IMG/VR virus record: IMGVR_UViG_3300023175_000005
Coordinates: 124,001 to 188,000 of that record
Strand: one strand, 5' to 3'
DNA: 64,000 nt
Positions within the stretch are counted from its first letter, which is position 1; each line of letters opens with the position of its first letter. The notes under the pieces were generated by a model. That model did not search any database. It had not been told where the DNA came from and worked only from the letters and a program-made list of their open reading frames with translations. Of this stretch, positions 58,722 through 64,000 are shown piece by piece. A program made the position numbers and the translations under genes.

Positions 58722-59639
58722 ATGTATAACAATCCTCTTAATAAATTAATTTGGGATAAAGTGCAAGAAATGTTTTATTGGAACATTGCACCAGAATCTC
58801 CAATATGCCAATTGCCGTTTACACAAGAATTTATTGACGCATGTGAACAAGAATTTTCAATGACTGTTCGTGATATGCATTATCCTATTTCCTTAGGAAA
58901 AGTTGATCAATGGTTTGGTAAACGTATGCAAGATTTTGTAAAAGAAATTGACGCACAATATCAGCACAATTATTTTGTCGGAGAAAATGGAACTAGCACA
59001 ACTGGTGTAGTAGGAACTATATATGATGTTGACGAAAAACCTATTACAAACAAATGGAATATTAGAGGACAAGCACTTGTAGACAGATTACAGGCTATGC
59101 AAAAAGAAAATCCTAATTTAACAATTTTAGATATGGGTTGCGGAGTTAACGAATACAAAAAACATTTGAATAATGTTACTGGAGTTGATCCGTATAGAGA
59201 AGAAGCAGATATTTTGTCCAAGCAAAGTGATTTTATTACGCAAGGTAAAACTTGGGATATAATCATTTGCTTTGGCCCACAGAATTGGTATACTTACGAT
59301 GAACAATTTAGAAACTTCAAAAAACTCAAAGAATGTTTGGCACCGGGCGGGTTACTTTTGTGGTCGCACGTACATCACTATTATAAAGTATTTCAGCCCG
59401 ATCATCTTTATGCGCACACTTGGATACACGGAGACATGGATCATGCTCAACGTAATAGTGCTTTTTATTTTTATGATCGCGATTGGAAATATACTTGGTA
59501 TTTCAATTGGACCGAACATGCCGTAGAAACACTTGCTAAACATGTAGGACTGTCTATTGATAAAGTAGATTATGATCATTGTAATTTATATAGACCGCCT
59601 ATGTATAGAATATTTGTGGAGATGACACATGAAAAATAG
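58722..59639 (+). CDS. Class I SAM-dependent methyltransferase with small N-terminal helical domain
   Basis: ILDMGCG.N, GVDP, D.IIC.G and L.PGG. Confidence 0.7.
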   Translation: MYNNPLNKLIWDKVQEMFYWNIAPESPICQLPFTQEFIDACEQEFSMTVRDMHYPISLGKVDQWFGKRMQDFVKEIDAQYQHNYFVGENGTSTTGVVGTIYDVDEKPITNKWNIRGQALVDRLQAMQKENPNLTILDMGCGVNEYKKHLNNVTGVDPYREEADILSKQSDFITQGKTWDIIICFGPQNWYTYDEQFRNFKKLKECLAPGGLLLWSHVHHYYKVFQPDHLYAHTWIHGDMDHAQRNSAFYFYDRDWKYTWYFNWTEHAVETLAKHVGLSIDKVDYDHCNLYRPPMYRIFVEMTHEK

Positions 59640-60198
59640 ATGGGACGTAACAGTAGCAGCGTCTAATTATCATTGGGATCCTAACGCAAACGATAGCAAT
59701 ACTATTAGAATAATAAGTAATGTGTTTGATGAATGGAATGATGAAATCGAACGTGCTATAGAATTACAAAAACCTGTTATTAGTGACGGAACAATCGAAA
59801 AGCACATATCTGCCGGAACGCACATGTATAACGGAGTTATAGTTGATACTACAGAATTTCCAATACTCGGTAGTATCGGTAAAAAACTAGGATTTGAAGA
59901 ATATAATACAAGTATTCAAACACAAACTACTGGAATGACAACTCCATTGCATATAGATTCATCTTCTGGAGATAAAGAAAGAGTTATTGTTATGCTTCAA
60001 GACTGGTACTGGGGACAAATACTTCAATTTGGTAATATAGTATTACATAATTGGAAAGCAGGGGATGTATTATATTTTAGTATCAATGGTACACCGCATA
60101 GTACAGCAAATTTAAGTCCACATAGTAGAACTATAGCAAAAATTACAGGACGCACAACAGATGCATTTGAAAAATTATTAAAGGGAGAGTCTCAGTGA
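59629..60198 (+). CDS. Fe(II)/2OG oxygenase-like cupin protein
   Basis: Q..G....LHID...V.L.DW..G...QFG......W.AGD.......PHSTAN.....R...ITG. Confidence 0.6.
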   Translation: MKNRWDVTVAASNYHWDPNANDSNTIRIISNVFDEWNDEIERAIELQKPVISDGTIEKHISAGTHMYNGVIVDTTEFPILGSIGKKLGFEEYNTSIQTQTTGMTTPLHIDSSSGDKERVIVMLQDWYWGQILQFGNIVLHNWKAGDVLYFSINGTPHSTANLSPHSRTIAKITGRTTDAFEKLLKGESQ

Positions 60199-60222
60199 AA
60201 AATAGATGGGACGTAACAGTAG
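59630..60222 (+). repeat. 27-bp exact direct repeat at the starts of the two tandem paralogues
   Basis: TGAAAAATAGATGGGACGTAACAGTAG at 59630-59656 and 60196-60222. Confidence 0.9.
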
Positions 60223-60857
60223 AACAAAGTAATTATGATTTTAATCCGTTTAGAGAAAGTGATCATGGCAAAAGCTTTAGAACAGTAGGAAATATAGAAC
60301 CTACATGGAAAGATGAAATACCTATTGCAAATGCTAATCAATACGACTTTTATTGGCCTTCGCCTGTGTCTCCAGAAGGCGACAGTTTTAATTATGACTA
60401 TGAAGAATTGCTTTGCAAGGATTGGGGTATACCTTTAGACTTTGTTGTATACAGACAGTGGACAACAACGGATGAAACACCAATACTAAACAGTCTAGCC
60501 GAACAAATCGGTTTAGAAAATGCACAAACAAATATTCAAACTCAACATACAGGAATGATGCTACATTTACATATAGATAGTTTAACTGGTTTACGAAAAG
60601 AACGTACAGATCAAACAAGTAGTAGAGCAACAGACGATGAATGGGGTAGATGCTTTGTAATGCTTGATGATTGGGCACCTGGACATATTATTCAATTTGG
60701 TAATACCTACGTACCACCTTGGCATGCAGGAGATGTAATTTGGTTTGATTGGGCAAACATACCACATAGCACTGCTAACACTGGACCATGGCCTAGAAAC
60801 ATTGCAAAAATTACAGGTAAAGTTACGCAAAGGTATAAAGAGTTTGTTGGAATCTAA
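60195..60857 (+). CDS. Fe(II)/2OG oxygenase-like cupin protein; tandem paralogue of the previous gene
   Basis: Same motifs (LHID, DW..G...QFGN, W.AGDV, PHSTAN, AKITG) and the same N-terminus KNRWDVTV; GTG start. Confidence 0.6.
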   Translation: MKNRWDVTVEQSNYDFNPFRESDHGKSFRTVGNIEPTWKDEIPIANANQYDFYWPSPVSPEGDSFNYDYEELLCKDWGIPLDFVVYRQWTTTDETPILNSLAEQIGLENAQTNIQTQHTGMMLHLHIDSLTGLRKERTDQTSSRATDDEWGRCFVMLDDWAPGHIIQFGNTYVPPWHAGDVIWFDWANIPHSTANTGPWPRNIAKITGKVTQRYKEFVGI

Positions 60858-61953
60858 ACCTAGTTGTTGGTTTGCTTATAAAGGTTTATCTGTAGATTCT
60901 ACAGGCAATCTAAATCCTTGCGGCCATAGCACTTATAAGTTTGGAAAATTTACTGACTACAACTCTTTGAATGTTGACAGAACAAATGCTATAAAAGATT
61001 TTGATCAACATGTTCCGAAAGGGTGCATTTCTTGTACAAATAGAGAAGTGAGAAACGAACAAAGTAGACGTTTATATCATTACGATTGGTTCAGTCAACA
61101 GGTAAATTTTGATATAGAATTTTTAGATATTGATATAGGTAATCTATGCAATCTCAAATGTAGAATGTGTAATCCTGGACAGTCGTCTAGTTGGATAAAA
61201 GATGGACACCTTAAAGATAAAGTTGATTTTACGTTAGACGATTTTGATAATAATAAGATTCTTGATAATATAAATGGCGATATGATAAAATTTTTATCTA
61301 GTTTAGATTCTTTAAGGTATATTATTATAAAAGGTGGAGAACCTTTTATGCATCCAAGATTCTTTGAGTTTATAGAATGTATTCCAAACAAGCATAACGT
61401 AAAATTACAGATTATTACCAATGGCACACATAAATTGACTAAAGATGAAAAGAGATTGTTTGCTAAATTTGATAAACTGAATATTTTCTTTTCAGTAGAA
61501 TCTGATGGAGAGATGTATCAATACATTAGAGGCGGAAAATTTACATTTGAAGAATCATTAGATAATTGGAAATCTTACAAAACGTTTCCTAATGCAAATG
61601 AAATTGGATGGATTTATACTGCAAACATTTATGGTATCTATAATTTTGATAGTTTACAGAGTAAAATAGAAAACTCTATTGATTTTGGACATCAAGTTCT
61701 TGATCCTATGTATTTGAATCCGTTGATTACACCTTTACATATAAAACAAAAAATATTAGAAACTACAAACTATTCTCATTGGAAAAAATATTTTGCAACT
61801 AGTGCAACAGATTTGTTTGGTATAAGCATAGACAAACAATACAAACTTTTATGCAATTTGTATTCTTACACAACAACATTAGATAATATTAGAAGACAAC
61901 ACCTTTTAGATGTAGAGCCCAGGTTTGAGTGGATTTATGAATACAACAAATAA
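60844..61953 (+). CDS. Radical SAM protein with N-terminal twitch domain
   Basis: C...Y......G...PC...C.SC...E.....S.R; CNLKCRMC; GGEPF. Start uncertain (TTG 60844/60847). Confidence 0.83.
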   Translation: MLESKPSCWFAYKGLSVDSTGNLNPCGHSTYKFGKFTDYNSLNVDRTNAIKDFDQHVPKGCISCTNREVRNEQSRRLYHYDWFSQQVNFDIEFLDIDIGNLCNLKCRMCNPGQSSSWIKDGHLKDKVDFTLDDFDNNKILDNINGDMIKFLSSLDSLRYIIIKGGEPFMHPRFFEFIECIPNKHNVKLQIITNGTHKLTKDEKRLFAKFDKLNIFFSVESDGEMYQYIRGGKFTFEESLDNWKSYKTFPNANEIGWIYTANIYGIYNFDSLQSKIENSIDFGHQVLDPMYLNPLITPLHIKQKILETTNYSHWKKYFATSATDLFGISIDKQYKLLCNLYSYTTTLDNIRRQHLLDVEPRFEWIYEYNK

Positions 61954-61972
61954 TTAGTGTATAGGAGAAGGT

Positions 61973-62716
61973 ATGATTGAAAAAGGCGTTACAATAGATT
62001 TACACGGAACCAAAAGAATTGGTATGAAATTGTCAGGTGGACCTGACAGTGCAATGATTCTTTATATGATTTGTAAAAAAATAACTGATGAGAATATAGA
62101 TATTGAATATATTCAACCAATTACTGCTACAGCAGATGTTAAACCATACAATATAAAATTTGCCAGAAGAGTAATTGAATGGATGCGAAATAGATATCCT
62201 AATATTGAAATCAAAGATACACATTGTGCTGTATGCAGATATGAAGAATATAATTCTCGACAAGAAGAATTAGTAAGGGATTTAATTTTAAACAGAGATA
62301 TTGATATTACATTTGCAGGAATTACAGCAAATCCTCCCGATGAAAAAGGCAGGAATTTTTGGCCTTGCAATCCTAAATACACTAGAGCAATTGAATTAGA
62401 CTTTGACGAGCATCCTGAAGACATTTCAAATGCAGATTGGAATACAAGAGCAGTTGAAAGAGACGAACCTGATGTCGAAGTTTATTGGTCTACTTGGAGA
62501 GGCAAGGACGAAAAAGTTCCAATGGTAAGACCTTTTATTAATCATGATAAAAGGAAAGTAGCAGAATTATATCATCACTACGATATTATGGAATTGTTTG
62601 ATATAACAAGATCTTGTGAAAACAGAGATGGTCCTGCGCTAAACGATTTCGAAGATCATTGCGAAACAGAATGTTGGTGGTGCTATGAACGTAGATGGGC
62701 CTTTGGGCGAGTTTAA
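61973..62716 (+). CDS. QueC-like PP-loop ATP pyrophosphatase
   Basis: LSGGPDSA PP-loop, PF...DK and TRSC...HC...CWWC.ER.WAF Zn-binding motif. Strong AGGAG RBS. Confidence 0.7.
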   Translation: MIEKGVTIDLHGTKRIGMKLSGGPDSAMILYMICKKITDENIDIEYIQPITATADVKPYNIKFARRVIEWMRNRYPNIEIKDTHCAVCRYEEYNSRQEELVRDLILNRDIDITFAGITANPPDEKGRNFWPCNPKYTRAIELDFDEHPEDISNADWNTRAVERDEPDVEVYWSTWRGKDEKVPMVRPFINHDKRKVAELYHHYDIMELFDITRSCENRDGPALNDFEDHCETECWWCYERRWAFGRV

Positions 62717-63620
62717 GTATACAGGCTGGCACATTGAACTAACAAACAGATGTCCACTAGCATGTCCTGCATGTATTAGAACTATGCACGGGCCTGGTTC
62801 TAAGTCAGACATTGATACTAAATTACTTCTCAACTTTTTGCCTAATCCTGAAAAATATGATTACATATTTTTTCAAGGTAATTTGGGAGATCCTATATAT
62901 CATCCTGATTTCCACAAAATTTCAGAACATTTTTTCCCAGCAAATGAATTACAAGTTACAACAAATGGAATGCAAACAAAAGAGTTTTGGCAAAGAGTGC
63001 TAGAAACATGGCCCGAGTCTAGTATTGTTGAACTTAGTATAGACGGCCTACAAGACACTAATAGCATATACAGAGTTAACAGTAATTGGAACAAAATACA
63101 AGAACTTTTTGAACTTATAGCAACTACTAAACGCAAATGTCAGATTATATGGAAGTATATTGTTTTTGAACACAATCATCATCAAGTTGAAGAAGCAATA
63201 GCCTTAAGTAAAAAAATAGGCATGAATGAATTTAAAATTAAAAAAAGTTGGACTATACATGATGACATGTCCAATAATGGCCAAGTTAAAGACTATTATA
63301 ATCCAGAATGGTTTGATTATGTAAAAAGAGAAACACTTGACGAATTAGCACCTTTCTGTTATACTGGAGACATGCATTATATAAATTCGCAAGGTAACTA
63401 TTATCCTTGTTGTTGGATAGATAACGACATAAGTTCTGTAGGACACATATCAGAAGGTTTAGATAGTATTAAAGATAAATTTTTAAACTTTAGTAACTTA
63501 TTAATTTGGAGTAAATGTCCTAAAGTATGCAGAAAAATGTGTTGTAAAATTAGTGATAACGATAAAGAAATGATTACACCTAACAACGTTGTTGATAGAA
63601 AAATAATAGTAAATGATTGA
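62685..63620 (+). CDS. Radical SAM protein with C-terminal SPASM/twitch domain
   Basis: CPLACPAC, GNLGDP..HP, TTNG and SIDG. C-terminal C......I...G..YPCCW...C...C...C. Confidence 0.85.
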   Translation: MNVDGPLGEFKYTGWHIELTNRCPLACPACIRTMHGPGSKSDIDTKLLLNFLPNPEKYDYIFFQGNLGDPIYHPDFHKISEHFFPANELQVTTNGMQTKEFWQRVLETWPESSIVELSIDGLQDTNSIYRVNSNWNKIQELFELIATTKRKCQIIWKYIVFEHNHHQVEEAIALSKKIGMNEFKIKKSWTIHDDMSNNGQVKDYYNPEWFDYVKRETLDELAPFCYTGDMHYINSQGNYYPCCWIDNDISSVGHISEGLDSIKDKFLNFSNLLIWSKCPKVCRKMCCKISDNDKEMITPNNVVDRKIIVND

Positions 63621-64000
63621 ATTAGGAATTTGGAGTGGTATCGGTTTACTAACTGGTCTTTTAGCCGGGTTAGTGCCAGGTGCTGGTCCATTTGTTGCTA
63701 TTGGTGTCTTATACCCGTTTTTAGCGTCAACTAGTGCGGTTAATATTATGGCGTGTTATGTTGCTATACTCATTACCACTAACTATACTAATAGTGTTAC
63801 AGCAATCTTATACGGTATACCCGGAGATGCTACTGCAATTAGCACAGCAAGATACGGACATAAAATGTTTCAAAAAGGCGCAGGCGGCCTTGCTGTAACA
63901 AGTAACGCAATTAGTAGCACCGTTGGTGTAGCATTTGCAATGTGTTTGTTTTTAGTTGCCTTGCCTAGTATTATGCATGTATTCAAATTTTATAACAGTA
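63613..64000 (+). CDS. tctA: Tripartite tricarboxylate transporter permease TctA family; 3'-truncated by the window edge
   Basis: Not in the ORF track. My translation is MIELGIWSGIGLLTGLLAGLVPGAGP...Y.NSVTAILYGIPGD.....T...GH.M...G....A....A.SS..G, matching the TctA N-terminal signature. Confidence 0.75.
   Translation, partial: MIELGIWSGIGLLTGLLAGLVPGAGPFVAIGVLYPFLASTSAVNIMACYVAILITTNYTNSVTAILYGIPGDATAISTARYGHKMFQKGAGGLAVTSNAISSTVGVAFAMCLFLVALPSIMHVFKFYNS

Noticed and set aside
752-63691. Numerous short minus-strand and nested plus-strand ORFs in the ORF track
   Set aside because: They lie within or across long + strand genes with recognisable motifs, lack motifs of their own, and are expected antisense or frame shadows.
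1-64000. Stop-codon reassignment as in some huge phages
   Set aside because: Standard code gives near-complete coding density. TAA, TGA and TAG all end genes at sensible boundaries, and the one split gene changes frame rather than reading through.
12442-64000. A bacterial LPS/capsule locus or cellular secondary-metabolite cluster
   Set aside because: No flippase, polymerase, exporter, regulator or housekeeping gene was recognised. The block is contiguous with virion genes and shares their promoter motif. A cellular or prophage context cannot be fully excluded from this window alone.
1-64000. tRNA, rRNA, introns, inteins, homing endonucleases or IS elements
   Set aside because: Intergenic gaps are under ~40 bp and no such motifs were recognised. 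A covariance-model or HMM scan would be needed to exclude them formally.

Overview
The window looks like part of a large, AT-rich (GC roughly low-30s % by eye), T4-like tailed phage genome. All genuine genes lie on the + strand, densely packed, and many overlap. Positions 1 to ~12.4 kb are a virion module: a 5'-truncated giant baseplate-like protein, three paralogous tail-fibre-like proteins (one with a tail-collar domain, one with a C-terminal autocleaving chaperone) and two Ser/Thr-rich structural paralogues. Several of these genes, and the first gene of the next block, follow TAA(A/G)TA T4-type late-promoter motifs. From 12.4 kb to the end (>51 kb) runs an almost gap-free block of biosynthetic and tailoring enzymes. 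It holds 17 radical SAM proteins (9 with N-terminal twitch, 4 with fused C-terminal twitch/SPASM, 1 split, 3 B12-dependent), about 8 Fe(II)/2OG-type oxygenases and about 7 glycosyltransferase-like genes. It also holds a GDP-mannose 3,5-epimerase, an NDP-sugar dehydrogenase, two PLP enzymes, two amidinotransferases, three SGNH-like proteins, three methyltransferase-like proteins, a Cys-less peroxiredoxin homologue, a QueC-like ATPase and a truncated TctA transporter. The best candidate for an undescribed system is this phage-encoded 'biosynthetic gene cluster'. I infer it builds and hypermodifies a glycan (virion protein, host surface or DNA) with aminoglycoside-like enzymology. All family calls come from motif recognition by eye; no database searches were run. 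No tRNA, rRNA, CRISPR array or mobile element was recognised.
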